A program made the translations under genes and the position numbers. A stretch of 64,000 nt of DNA from Rhizodiscina lignyota (Eukaryota), in assembly GCA_010015805.1 (NCBI GenBank), contig ML978122.1, forward strand, positions 3,010,453 through 3,074,452, read 5' to 3'. Positions 24,882 to 36,567 of this stretch are shown here, in pieces. Below the pieces are notes generated by a model. That model was not told where the DNA came from. It saw only the letters and a list, made by a program, of their open reading frames with translations, and did no database searches. Numbering within the stretch: the stretch's first letter is position 1; each line of letters starts with the position of its first letter.

Positions 24882-25083
24882 CTCTTTTGCTTGGGTAGTG
24901 CGAAGAAGGTGGTTAGAGTTGCAAAGGAAGTTGGAAGTTGGAGGTTAGAAGGTTCGAGAGGTGAAGCTGTTACTCCAAGTACGGCAAGAGTGAAGCTGTT
25001 ACTCCGAGAATGGCAGGAACGGCTTCAGAGATGTTTGAAGCTTGGAAATGAAGAGCTCGAGGAAGAAATATATCCGCAACGAC

Positions 25084-25390
25084 ACAATACGATATCGAAC
25101 AATCCTAAAACATACCTTTTCAACAATCATTATGATGCGTTGAAGCGTTAGGCGGTTGGTCGCTTCACTCGCTTGGCGGTGGTTGTCTGTCTCAAAGAAC
25201 AATACTAAGGTTAGAGACAATGATACCCACGAGAACCCGCAAAAGTGCCAACACGGACGCGGAACCGTGGGTCTATTGCCTAAGACTCCTTTTTGGACCC
25301 GTTAATCCTTGTTTCTAATTTACGCACAATATTTGTGCGGGTCCTGCGGAGTTGCGAGGGTCAGGGGCGACATCTGAGCTTGGTATTGTT
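25084..25390. promoter_or_regulatory. Cluster of HMG-box-type (A)ACAAT sites upstream of STE2
   Basis: ACAAT/ATTGT at 25084, 25099, 25123, 25199, 25217, 25326 and 25385. Confidence 0.5.
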
Positions 25391-25617
25391 CTTCAACCTC
25401 AAACCACGAGCCACGAACACAACACAAGCAATTGGTTTCACAAATCAGCTAAGGAGAAGACAGCCGTAGCGCTAAAGAAAAGCGAGAGCTTTGCTTAATT
25501 GAATATGCTTTGAAAGGCATACAGCAACAACGCCCATAGCCATGATCCTGATGTTCAGCGTATCCGAAGAGTGCATTTCACCTAACAGTTGAGGTGTTTC
25601 TAGCCTGGGCCAACCTT

Positions 25618-28164
25618 TTATTGCCCTGTTTGCGACTGTTTTGCGAAGAACGACAGTAAACTACCTTGAGATGCGAGCGGTGGCCTTTTCGCAGGTTTCA
25701 TGGATTGCTTCTTTAAACCACCCACTGGTTTATCATTTCCATCTATTGGCTTCACCACAGGCTTTACCACAGGCTTTACCACAGTGACCTCTTGTATATT
25801 CATTTCTTTCAAAACAGTCTTCGCCGAGACGAAACCGGTGTTCATTGTCGTCGCTGAGATTGAGAAAGAGTTCTCCTTTTGCATGGTGGTGTGAACAGTG
25901 CTCGTCGTCGACCGCCAGAGGTTGACACTGTTGCCATCCCCGCCTATTTTCCGCCGTTTAGAGGGAACAGTGAAAGCCAAATTGACATCATCTTTACGCA
26001 GAGCCCATTCACTTATCTCTGGTTCGGCTTCCCGGCCATCGTAAGGCCAGTAGTTGTCTTCTGGTTTCTCCACCGTCGCGTAACACTCCAGCAATGTCTT
26101 CTCCTCTGGACATGGCTTTCTTAAAATCCTAGCCAGATCCTGGACCACAGAAAATGTGAACGTCGTACCTTTCAAGTCGAAGAGTCGCGCAAGCGTAGGC
26201 TGACTCAAGAACGGCGACAGTGACAGTGTATTTGCGCTGTTCCCAGGTGCACCCTTCGTCGGACAACTCAGGTAAAGAAGGCCCTGAGCTCGAGTCATCG
26301 CCACGTACAATAGTCGTCGTTCCTCATCGTGGTCGTCAGCTCGAGAATGAGGGATTGATCCGTCGTAGACGGACGCTATGAAGACAACGGGCCATTCGAG
26401 ACCCTTGGCCGCGTGCATGGTCGATATCGTGACTTGAGCAGCGTTCTCGCCTTCCTCTGCTCCTCGCATGTCCGTTGCTAAAGCTACATTCGCAAGGAAT
26501 CGAGTCAATGTAGCCTCAGCACCCGATGCTTGGGTTTGCTCGACTCCATCCACAGCAGGTAGCGCTTCTTCAAGGTCAAGATCTTCATCATTAGAGATAG
26601 CATCCAGCTGCTCTGCTTGTGCAATGAGCTCCTCGACATTCTCCCATCTTGTATCGAAATCTTCCGGGTGTTGCTTGCGCAAATATGTCTCAAAGGTGAG
26701 GCGAGACATGATAAAATCCAGCAAATCTGCCACGCTCGGAGGATTGTCTTTAGACAACAGCTTCTTCCTTGCGCTCAAGATGATGCCAACAAACGCCTCT
26801 ACTCCTTTCTGTGCTTGCGACTTCAACTTAGTGTCGACTCTGCCTCTTCCTTGCGCAGCATTCTGTATTAAGTGCCAAAGAGAAATCTTTCTTTTCTCAG
26901 CTTCTTCTGTGAGCTCTTTGAGAGTCTTCTCGCCGATACCCCGGGCGGGAAGATTCATGATATTAATGACGGCGTCATTATGCTCGGGTAGACCGATTAC
27001 GCGAAGATAATTGAGGAGGATCTTGATCTCAATTCGGTCGAAAAACTTATGCCCGCCAACCATGCGATATGGAATGCCGGCTTTGCCAAGAGCAAGTTCA
27101 ATGGCGTGTGATTGAGAGCCAGAACGAATTAGTATGGCATAGTCCGAGAATGAAAGGACGCCTCCCGTCAACGCTTTCGTTCTTTCAATTTCTTCGACAA
27201 TCCATGTGCCTTCAGACTTCGGCGAAGGCAATCGCCGCAGAACCGGCCGTTCGCCTGTCGAATGAGTCGCTAATAGTTTCTTTGCTGGTCGGCTTTCATC
27301 TTGCTCGATTAGCTCTAGAGCAGATATCAGGATGGATCCTGACGATCGGTAGTTTTCTTCCAGTAATACAACGTGAGCTTGGGGATACTGCTTTTGCATC
27401 TTCCGAACGTTCTTGACTTCTGCCGAGCGGAATGCGTAAATGCTCTGATCTGGGTCTCCGACAATGGTGATCCGGCTGCGACGCTGAGAGAAGAGACGCA
27501 TGAGCTCGTATTGCACATAATTTGTGTCTTGGAACTCATCAATCAATATCGCCTCGATGTTTGACACGCAATCTGGATGTTCTCGAAGCAAGTCGGCGCA
27601 GCGGAGGAGGAGATCGTCATAATCGAGTAGGTTCGAGGCTTTCAACGTGTCTTCGTATTCCTCATAGATTGCATCGAATTCTTGTTTCTCAATGCTGTTC
27701 TGAGCTTTGACCTCTGCATTTCCTGCTTTGATCTTCGATATGCGAGATTTCGCGACTGAGGCCTCAATTGTGTAATCGTGTCGTTTCTTAATCCGCCTGA
27801 GAATTGCCAATGTATCTGACGAATCAGCAATGCCAAAATCCTTCTTGATGCCAATGTAGTGTCCATATGAGGCGAGGTATCTCCGAGCTACAGAGTGGAA
27901 GGTGCCCAGGATGAGTTTCTTCTCCAAGCTCTCTCCCACAAACCCACGGATCCTTTCTTTCATCTCCCGCGCCGCTTTGATTGTGAAAGTGCAAACAATG
28001 ATGTTCCATGGCTTATATCCTTCGTGGCTGATCAGGTAGGCGACTCGAGACGTGAGTGTTTTGGTTTTACCCGATCCGGGCGGCGCAAGGACTTGGACGA
28101 CTGGAGAAGGACTGGAGACAGCACATCGTTGGGCATCATTCAGGCCGGACAAGATGTGCTCCAT
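25618..28164 (-). CDS. SRS2: UvrD/PcrA-family ATP-dependent DNA helicase (Srs2-like)
   Basis: LNDAQ, APPGSGKT, DEFQDTN, VGDPDQSIY, LEENYRS, STMHAAKGLEW, EERRLLYVAMTRA. C-terminal PIP-like QGSLLSFF. Start placed at MEHILSGLN. Confidence 0.88.
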   Translation of the reverse strand: MEHILSGLNDAQRCAVSSPSPVVQVLAPPGSGKTKTLTSRVAYLISHEGYKPWNIIVCTFTIKAAREMKERIRGFVGESLEKKLILGTFHSVARRYLASYGHYIGIKKDFGIADSSDTLAILRRIKKRHDYTIEASVAKSRISKIKAGNAEVKAQNSIEKQEFDAIYEEYEDTLKASNLLDYDDLLLRCADLLREHPDCVSNIEAILIDEFQDTNYVQYELMRLFSQRRSRITIVGDPDQSIYAFRSAEVKNVRKMQKQYPQAHVVLLEENYRSSGSILISALELIEQDESRPAKKLLATHSTGERPVLRRLPSPKSEGTWIVEEIERTKALTGGVLSFSDYAILIRSGSQSHAIELALGKAGIPYRMVGGHKFFDRIEIKILLNYLRVIGLPEHNDAVINIMNLPARGIGEKTLKELTEEAEKRKISLWHLIQNAAQGRGRVDTKLKSQAQKGVEAFVGIILSARKKLLSKDNPPSVADLLDFIMSRLTFETYLRKQHPEDFDTRWENVEELIAQAEQLDAISNDEDLDLEEALPAVDGVEQTQASGAEATLTRFLANVALATDMRGAEEGENAAQVTISTMHAAKGLEWPVVFIASVYDGSIPHSRADDHDEERRLLYVAMTRAQGLLYLSCPTKGAPGNSANTLSLSPFLSQPTLARLFDLKGTTFTFSVVQDLARILRKPCPEEKTLLECYATVEKPEDNYWPYDGREAEPEISEWALRKDDVNLAFTVPSKRRKIGGDGNSVNLWRSTTSTVHTTMQKENSFSISATTMNTGFVSAKTVLKEMNIQEVTVVKPVVKPVVKPIDGNDKPVGGLKKQSMKPAKRPPLASQGSLLSFFAKQSQTGQ

Positions 28165-29296
28165 GCCGCGAATAACAGTCGCACTGTACCCTCGTCTTGC
28201 GTTGTTAGTATCATGAGTCTGGCGATTGTGACGCCGCGGCATCGCGTCGCTCGGAATCGCGAAATAACGCGCTAGCACGTGCCCAGTTCGGGACCCCGGG
28301 CAGTTCCATTCGCCGTGGACAACACTTGCACTAAGGACTTCATCGACCTGTATTTGACTTATCTGAAAGGCTCTAATCGCATGTGTCTTTAACGTTCTCT
28401 TAGTAGAATTAATTGAACCGCAAACCCTCATTAAAGGTAGACGAGGAAAATTCTATGGAAAGTTCGGCATTTCTTCGGCATTCCCAGTTGGTTCTGTTCA
28501 ACATCAGACGAACTCTGCCAACAGACAAATGTCTAGTGACAAGCAAGTATCGCACAAACAATAGATAAGATCAAACTAGACATCTTTGGACAACTTATTT
28601 TGTGCTGCCAATCGTGTTATCCAATTCCTTTGTGTCGTTGATGCCATTCTCGTCCAGGGAGCAATCCCCGTCCCATAAAACCCCTTTCCGGTTCTTCAAC
28701 CAGCATGTGGCGCAGACCTCTTTTTCCTTGCTTCTCCCATAACTATATCAGTGAGGAAACATATTCAAGTCAGTATAGTGGGCGTATACAACGATCTTTA
28801 CTCAGCTCATGCTCTCTTGAAACCAATATGGTGTCTCCCCTGATGGCTTCAAACTCAGATTATTCGCCCATTCAGGAATTTGCAAGTTGTTTGAATGGAA
28901 CATACTGTCTCCATTGATTATATTATTGTACTTCAGTTTGATATTTCAGCATAATGGCAGTACGATTGAGGGCTCTATTGTGTTTATTCATTGTTCAAAT
29001 AGCTCAAGGCGAAGAGTTGCCTCAATTGAACTGACACTAGACGGCCGGCCGGCTCGCCCAGCCCCGATGAACACCAGAACACAGCTAACACATGAACGTC
29101 ATGAACACCAGCCACCACAATATATAATATCTTTCTCGTTCTGAAACTTCGCTTTCTTCTTTCTTCAGACACCTTCCTTCAAACCTCTTCCCACCACGTC
29201 TTCCCACCACATCTACCCGCAACACCTTCCCACCACATCAGACCTCGTTTACTCTCCGTCTCCAAACGTTCTCATCCTTTCACAAAGGGATTCGTC

Positions 29297-31237
29297 ATGT
29301 CTCGCTCCCAATCATCCAAGCAGTACTCGGAAGGCCATCGCAGGTCGACGACCAAGAGTACCGACAACGCTTCCCGCCGCGCAAACACAAATGCGCAGCA
29401 CAGGAAGCGAGGCCCCCAGCACCTCAAGGGAAGATCCGCTGGTACCAGGCCGGCACGAAAGGGTCGAGGACGAGGCGACAGGAACCTGGCCATAGCCCAG
29501 GGTGTGGTTGAGGCCGCGGATGAGAGCGAAGAGACGACGCCCACCAAATCAACAAGTGCGCCTAAGAGAAAGAGGCGCGTGATCTATGATGAGGAGGATG
29601 AGGAGCCCGAAATAAATGCTGCGCCAGCCCAGAAGAAGCGCAAAGGAACCCCATCGTTGAAGCGCAAGCGCGATGAAGAGGAGGGGGCTTCGGAGTCGGA
29701 AGAGTCTGGAGAGGACGAGGATCGTACCCCGAAGAGGGTGAAGGAGAGCCCGGAGAAGGATACTGCTGGCACCTCTAGTGCTTCTGCAAAGCCGGTGCGT
29801 GCCAATGAGCACAGTGGCCCAGAGGGCAATGACGAGGTGTCGACACAGGCGACAGCGAAAGGGCAAAGTCCCTCGAACACCGAATCAAAGGTCGACCTCC
29901 AAGGCACGGTGTTGATGGAGGCCCCGCCCTCTCCCAAATCGACATATCCACCTGCGTGCACGCCGTTGCCGCCTTCAAACAACCTTCTCGACCACAGCAG
30001 CAATGCTCCGATTGCTGGACCCTCCGACTCCCCTTCTGGTGCATCCCACCATTCTCCAGACAACTCTTCGACGCCCGCAGGTCCCCCACCCAGTAGCCTC
30101 AGCAGTCCGCCGGAAAGCACGCTTCCAACCAGCACAGTGGTTGGCATTGAGAGGAAGACCGGGGTACCAGCAGAGCAGTGCTGTTACTCAAGCGCTGCTC
30201 TGCAGGCCCTTTCGACGCTCATTGACGTAGAGCAGTTGGGCGCCGCCGTGCCTTCGTTTCCTGTGCACGATCTCGACATCAGCGAGGCCGATACAGCAGG
30301 CATGACTGAAAATGCATTGCGCAACTGGCTTGGGCTGATAAAGGAAATCCGCGCATCCAACGAGTATTTTGACGTGGCTGCCGAGTTCCTCCACTTCATG
30401 AGGACCCTGGATTCCGCTGCGTCCAGCATCTCCTCCCTTCGTCTGCGAGAAGTCATCCGCAAGAACCGTGATCTATTCGCTGAAACCCCGAGTTTCGATG
30501 GACGTACGCAGGAAGACGCTTGTGAATTCCTGCAGTACTTACTGCTCACTCTCCATAATGCCGCAAGCGAACTGTTGCAACCGGTCGAAGCCGCCCCTGG
30601 TGCGGAGGCGACCGAGTCTTGTATAGACGCAGCATTTACGTCTACGGTACATTGGAACATGAGGTGTGAGGGCTGTGGGCACACTCGGGAAGGGTACGAG
30701 TCCAACCTGTTTCGGTCGGTACCAGTACCAAAGAACAGTCAGGAGCCCTTCACGCTGGACTCAGCAGTCGATGCGATTCTAGAGGAGGAGCGCATCGACG
30801 ATTACAAGTGCGCGGAGTGTTTCGTCAAGTGCCGACCGGAGTGTACCGACAGCAACTGCAAGGCATGTGCAGCAAACAAGCACTCTCAGGTGAAGGAGCA
30901 CACGTTTTCTCGCCTTCCTGACAACCTGGTCATCAGCTTCAATCGGACCGACTTCACCTCGGACTTGAAGATCGCCACCGAGGTTGAGCTGCCTTTCGAC
31001 GGGTACGAGTTAGAGGGTGAAGGCACTACGGTCAAGTACGAGATGACTGCAGTCGTTAAGCACACTGGTAACTATTCAGATTGTGGTCACTACGTGTGCT
31101 ACAAGAAGGTAGCGGGCAAGTGGTGGAGGTGCGATGATGAGAACGTGAAAGATCTCAGCTTCAGGTTGGATGTGCAAGAGTATATCCAGGGCAAGGATGG
31201 GACCACCGCGATGGTCTTTTTGAAGAAGCGAGGGTGA
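29297..31237 (+). CDS. Divergent ubiquitin-specific protease (peptidase C19) with long disordered basic/acidic N-terminus, intronless
   Basis: Cys box GIERKTGVPAEQCCYSSAALQAL, QEDACEFL, Zn-knuckle CEGC/CAEC, RLPDNLVISFNR, His box VVKHTGNYSDCGHYVCY...WWRCDDE. Confidence 0.85.
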   Translation: MSRSQSSKQYSEGHRRSTTKSTDNASRRANTNAQHRKRGPQHLKGRSAGTRPARKGRGRGDRNLAIAQGVVEAADESEETTPTKSTSAPKRKRRVIYDEEDEEPEINAAPAQKKRKGTPSLKRKRDEEEGASESEESGEDEDRTPKRVKESPEKDTAGTSSASAKPVRANEHSGPEGNDEVSTQATAKGQSPSNTESKVDLQGTVLMEAPPSPKSTYPPACTPLPPSNNLLDHSSNAPIAGPSDSPSGASHHSPDNSSTPAGPPPSSLSSPPESTLPTSTVVGIERKTGVPAEQCCYSSAALQALSTLIDVEQLGAAVPSFPVHDLDISEADTAGMTENALRNWLGLIKEIRASNEYFDVAAEFLHFMRTLDSAASSISSLRLREVIRKNRDLFAETPSFDGRTQEDACEFLQYLLLTLHNAASELLQPVEAAPGAEATESCIDAAFTSTVHWNMRCEGCGHTREGYESNLFRSVPVPKNSQEPFTLDSAVDAILEEERIDDYKCAECFVKCRPECTDSNCKACAANKHSQVKEHTFSRLPDNLVISFNRTDFTSDLKIATEVELPFDGYELEGEGTTVKYEMTAVVKHTGNYSDCGHYVCYKKVAGKWWRCDDENVKDLSFRLDVQEYIQGKDGTTAMVFLKKRG

Positions 31238-31538
31238 ACGAGACTGTTAGGCGGGGATTGGGAAGGAGGTGTGGAGGGATGTGTTCACGCGTATCGGAAA
31301 GGTTTTATGCTTTCGCTTACAAGTTTGTCATTGCGCGCCTTTGAGAGCGCTATTATTCGATGGATTACCTTGTTCCGTTCGGCTTTACACTGGCTTATAC
31401 AAATACCGTGATATCTCTCAACCCTCGTCTCATTCACTGAAGGGGTTCCCATTAAAACTCGAACACCAGCTACACTTGCACATGAGCACGCGCCTCCATC
31501 TGTATTGGGCTTGAGACTTAGATCTGCCTTGATATCAG

Positions 31539-32429
31539 CTAAGCCTTGCCCACCTTAGCGCAATCCTCCACGAATTGCAGAAATACCGGAGTGAACTTCT
31601 CCGGAGCTTCAAAGAATGGAGCATGCTCTGTCCCTTCGATCTCAATGGTATGACCCTGCCAGAGTTTCTTAGCCCCTTTACCGACCTCCGCACAGTAGTC
31701 CAATCGGACGTACGGTTCCTCCTTCCCGTTCACAATGGCCACCCATCCCTCATCCCACTCCCTCACCACCTGACCTTGATCGCTTCCCTGTCCTTCGTGA
31801 AACGCCCTAAACATAATCTCTCTCGTCCGACCATCCGTGCGCTTCACCGTCTCATGAAGCCACGCAGGTGCGGGCTTCACTTTCGTCATCGCTTCTGCGA
31901 AGGCGAAACTCAATTCTTCGGGAAGGACATTCATGGCTGCGGGGCCTGTGCTGATATCGTTGTGAAAGCCGTCAAGTAGTTGCTGTGCTCCTTTTGCGGG
32001 CGGCGTACCGACAATCATGAAGCCGAGACATTTGATTCCGGTGCTGTTGGTGGTGGGACTGGAGAGCAGAGGGATCATCTCGATGGCATTGTGGCCGCCG
32101 AGGGACCAACCGAGAGCAATGAATTCCTTTACGCCATAGTGCCGCAGGACATGCAACGCAGCATCGGCGTAGCCTGGCTGGTGGTACGATTGCTCCGGGT
32201 TCGGCGCATCTTTGGAGAAACCATGGCCGGGGAGGTCAAAGATGAGCAGTGGGTACTTCGACTTGAGGGTGGAATTGGACAGTAGCGGCTCGAAGATTTG
32301 AGAACTGGAAGAATTGCCATGGAGGAAGAGTATTGTCGGATTGGATGTAGAACCGGAGGTAGGTTTGCTATACGCTGTGTGTAATGCGCCGTGAGGCGTT
32401 TCGAGCATGAACGATTCCATGGCATCCAT
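31539..32429 (-). CDS. Alpha/beta hydrolase
   Basis: FLHGNSSS, FDLPGHGFS, nucleophile elbow GWSLGG, catalytic His in EHAPFFEAP. Confidence 0.9.
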   Translation of the reverse strand: MDAMESFMLETPHGALHTAYSKPTSGSTSNPTILFLHGNSSSSQIFEPLLSNSTLKSKYPLLIFDLPGHGFSKDAPNPEQSYHQPGYADAALHVLRHYGVKEFIALGWSLGGHNAIEMIPLLSSPTTNSTGIKCLGFMIVGTPPAKGAQQLLDGFHNDISTGPAAMNVLPEELSFAFAEAMTKVKPAPAWLHETVKRTDGRTREIMFRAFHEGQGSDQGQVVREWDEGWVAIVNGKEEPYVRLDYCAEVGKGAKKLWQGHTIEIEGTEHAPFFEAPEKFTPVFLQFVEDCAKVGKA

Positions 32430-32890
32430 CTTGAAGAAATGGAAACTAAGGGAAATGAGAGACTCTTTATCTACAATACAATTGACTCAAAACGGCTATT
32501 CCTTCGGGATAAGAGATCCGAACTGAATCGCAATGCAGAAGGAAGTGCGATAGGAACCACGAGACGCTGCTGGAAGACGAAATTGCAAGGACAATTAGGA
32601 GAACGGCGTACTCTTAGCCTATAAGCGTATATCCATAGATTTGGAAACTTAATATCTTATCACCACCGGCGTGCCCCGCTAATTGGCAAAGGCGAGGTTG
32701 TCTCAAGGTTTCGCGACCCTGCCGTTTTTGGCAAGGGGCGGCTGCGGAAGCGGCCGGTCTAAAAAGTTGCAGGTCGATCGAGGCAACAGACCAAACCTTC
32801 ACTTCAATTCAGCAATCGCCCAGAATGTTACAATCCGACAGATGACAAGCGATGCTTCAAATCCTCGATTTCGGCTGACCACGTACAAAG

Positions 32891-33594
32891 ATGGTGCGAA
32901 TCAAACACCGTTATCTTCTCATCAACATCCTCTACCCCAACGCGCCTGACGCGACTTCAAAGTTTGATGGAGACTTGCCGCCTGTCGTCCAATTTCAACA
33001 GCCGAGTCCAGATAATCTCGAGTCACAAATTCTTCTCCGTGCAATACGGGAAAGCGTTGTCCATCTTTTCGGCGACTATGGCGCTGGCTTGATCTCGAGC
33101 AGTCTGAAAGGTACGAGAGATTTTCGATACTCATCACGTGTTCGTCATGCTTTGAACAGTCATATTGCCTTTATAATCAAAGATTTGACGAGTGCTCATG
33201 ATCGACAGTCAATTATCTCTCCCAAGCTACATCAACAGCAATCATCCGCGTTGCGCGTTCACAATTGCGCATCGTCTGGGCGGCACTGACGTTCATCACA
33301 CGACTTCCCAAGCCGGTGAACACAGCTTGCGTTATTCATGTTGTCAGAGTCTCCGGCACCATCAGGAAGGCTGAGGAAGCAGCCATTCAAAGGGCGAGGG
33401 AGAGTGTGTTGAAGGCAAGGAGGGAAGCGGAAGGGAAGGAAGTGAGTCTAGCTGTTGGACGGACTCTACGCCCCGGAGAAGACGGCGGGAGGGACGATGC
33501 CGGTGCTGGTGATGCGATGGAAGAAGATGACATGGGCGTCGTGATGCCGAGGGGAATCGAGACGGACGATTCGGGTGACGATGGGGATGAATGA
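32891..33594 (+). CDS. POP5: RNase P/MRP subunit Pop5 (intron 33111-33208)
   Basis: MVRIKHRYLL, LFGDYGAG, spliced SLK|VNYLSQATSTAIIRV, VVRVSGTIRKAEE. Confidence 0.93.
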
Positions 33595-34329
33595 AGTAGT
33601 ACTGCAATCTTGGGGAAAGCCTGGCGACTGCTGGTATGCATCGCCTACCGAGGACAACGGTCTAGCTCAACTCGCCCAACTCGCCGAGGTACGACCGTAC
33701 CGCATATATCAAAAAAGCCTCGTTATCGAACGCGTGGCCAAGCTTGGCGCGCTTGATATCAAGGCTGCCCCACACACCCCTGATATCGAATGGCGGGAGG
33801 ATGAATGAGTCTTGCTCTCCAAGACAAGCGAGAGCGTCTCCGAAAGCTTGATTTAATGTGTCCTGGACAGTGCTCAAGACTAATGCACGACGTGAACAAA
33901 ATTAATCTCTAATGCATTTCACATTTTGTATTCTAATAAAACCTCTAAACCCTAGAGCAAATGCTTCGTTGCCTAATTCTACAGAAAAAAGAGCCTTGAT
34001 CGTACAATGACGATAGCATTGCCATGTAATGCTCCATTCAATCCCGATTCCGGAAAGCGCAGTTTCGCCGAACTACAGCTTTGCGTTTTTGTGATACCCA
34101 AAAATCCAAACTCCATTACACGTGCAGGTAGCCTTGCTCATGCTTCCCCAACAAGAAAAAACAAGCTTGGAAGTGCAGTTTCAGAGTGGGTTCAAGGGTC
34201 GTTGATGAGATGGTGCCACTCATAGCGGATAATTCGCCATACGCTCTGGATTCTGAGCCTCAGTTTTCTGAAGACCACCAGAGAGATTAGCACAGATATG
34301 ATTGGTAAGATGACCAGGATGCGCGCTAG

Positions 34330-35788
34330 TCAGTGTTGCTCTTGTTGCCAACCTTTGGGTAGCTCCATGTCATTGACTTCGAAGAAACGTTTCGTGCCTA
34401 CGTGTCGGCGTTAGCTATGTTTCCTTCCCTTCGGCAGGATCATTATCAACATACAGCTATAACCATTCCAATCAAAGTTCTCGCTAGGATTGCAATGGCA
34501 CTTGTGATCCATCCTGAAGTCGTCGCCTGTCGGGCAGTGGGTAAAGGGAACGTGGTAGTAGCTGATGTCGTTGAAGAAGTGAATTTCCTCTTTCTTGAGC
34601 ATCAATGCTGCAGCAACTGAGTGCACGGGTGCATCGCCCCAGCGCTCGTAGAAGAAGCCACCGTCTTTGTCCAGTTGGTCGAAATAGTCCATGTAGGCTT
34701 GGCCACGAAGCCAGTTGAGATTGCCGATTTCGAAGTTGGACCACTGTCCTCAAGTTAGCGCTGATATTATTGCGAGCTGCACCAAAGGGAAAGACTTACG
34801 AAATGGCAGTGGTTGTATGTCTTGCCACCGTCGTCCGACACGAACTTCATCGAGTTACCCTCCGCTACCTGATCTGGATGTTTCTCCATCCACCTCTTTG
34901 TGCTGTCCCACAGCGTAGGAATGGTCTCCACATACTCGTACAAGCTAATGACAAAGCTGTACTTCTTCTTGTTTTCTGCCATGAACTTGAACGTGTCGTA
35001 GTTGATGTCGCAGAATAGCTTGATGCTGGGCTCCACGCGCCAATACCACTCGTAATCCAGCATGAGCGGATGACGGAAGAAGAAGCCACTCTCGTAGCGA
35101 CACATATGCCTGTACGACACGGAGTCGCCATAGATGACCTTCTTTTCGCGCATCTCATCTCGCACCTTGGCTGCCTTGTCCTGGTCTATCCACTCTGGGT
35201 AACTCCAGTGATCCTTGGGGATTGTGCCATACTTAGTCTTTCCGGAGACGAGTGCGGTTGTGACCCTCTTAAATTGCTCATCAAACTCATTGTCATTAAG
35301 AAAAACCCAATCGTAGTTGTATTTGCGGTTGAAGCGGTCTTCCACTTGACGAATTGACTCTGCAATTTCCCAAACGTCTGAGTTCCGTGCGAGTGTCACG
35401 AACGTAGCATTCATACGTTCACCGGAAGCTACGGCGGGAGGGAGCTCATTGGGTTTGTTTGGAGTAGTGTCTGTGTCTTCGAGGGCCGATGGAAGGGTCC
35501 TTGCGCCAGTCTCCAGAGGTATAGGTGGCCTTTCGTCATCGAGGCCCGGTAGGGGTGCTTCGTCTTCGTCGTCCCGGTGCGCCGTGAGGCTTCCGGAATG
35601 TGATTTTATGTAGTCGGTTGCGCTCTGAAGTTGGTCGCGTGGATCGGAGGTGGAGGAGATGAAGTAGACGATTATTAGGCACTGTGAAAGAGACGTTAGA
35701 GGCCGCGTGAGTTTGAAAGCATGTTGTGGTCTTGACTGACGAGGAATGCTATCAGTATGTAGCGGATGTATCGCTGAGTGCCTGCCAT
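34330..35788 (-). CDS. Golgi alpha-1,2-mannosyltransferase, GT15 (Kre2/Mnt1/Ktr1 family), 4 exons
   Basis: N-terminal TM anchor, [58 protein letters not shown]. Confidence 0.93.
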
Positions 35789-36567
35789 TCTGTTCTGTTG
35801 GTAAGAGGGACGTATCCCACTTGGGTTGTCTTTAATTCCCTCCACGGTGGGCAAACTCCCCACAGTGAGTATCGTTGTAGAAGTGTAGTGTTCTGCTCGA
35901 TATGCTGGGGTGCTTAAGAGAAGTTTACAGGGGGTGGATGCTGTGTCGGAGGATTGTTGCGACCAAAATTAGCATTGAAAGGATTCCGACGAGATCAACA
36001 AGGCTGGCGATGAAGCACTGGCAAGGGCGACCAGCAACGATTGCCAGGAGACGAAGAGAAAAGCTGTCAGAAGGAAGAGGAAGGGGCAGCGCAGCGAATT
36101 GTGGGTATCGGAGCGATTGGAACTTGAAGGAGACGAGGGCTGCGCGGAGGCGCACGCGTCCCCTTTGGCACGCAACTCGCACAGGGACGAGTCCCCTTGT
36201 CTCTGGCTTGCGATGCAACGACGGCTCGCGCCACAGCCAAAGCTTAGCAGTGACGCAAGTCCACGGTCTGACCTTATTCCGCCGCCCGGCCAGCCTAACC
36301 ACTCCATCACGACTTCACCGTGCAAACGTTACTTTTGTTTTCATTGTTCGATGCTTTACTTTCATTTCCGCCTAATATTATCTCTATAACTCAATTCGCT
36401 CTCAAGGGAACAAGAGTCTTTTGAGCGGTCCACACAATTGACACGCAGCGATCTCCTACACTTCACCAAATTCAAGACTGGGACTTGGGCGCCACGCTCA
36501 TCTGCAGCTTCAAGCTTCAAACCAGTGCGACTAATGAGACGCGACGGCCAGCCACGGATAAGTGAAC

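Noticed and set aside
28165..28431. N-terminal 89-aa extension of the helicase ORF
   Set aside because: Helicase homology begins at MEHILSGLNDAQ; the upstream frame looks like open 5' UTR/promoter with CGCG elements.
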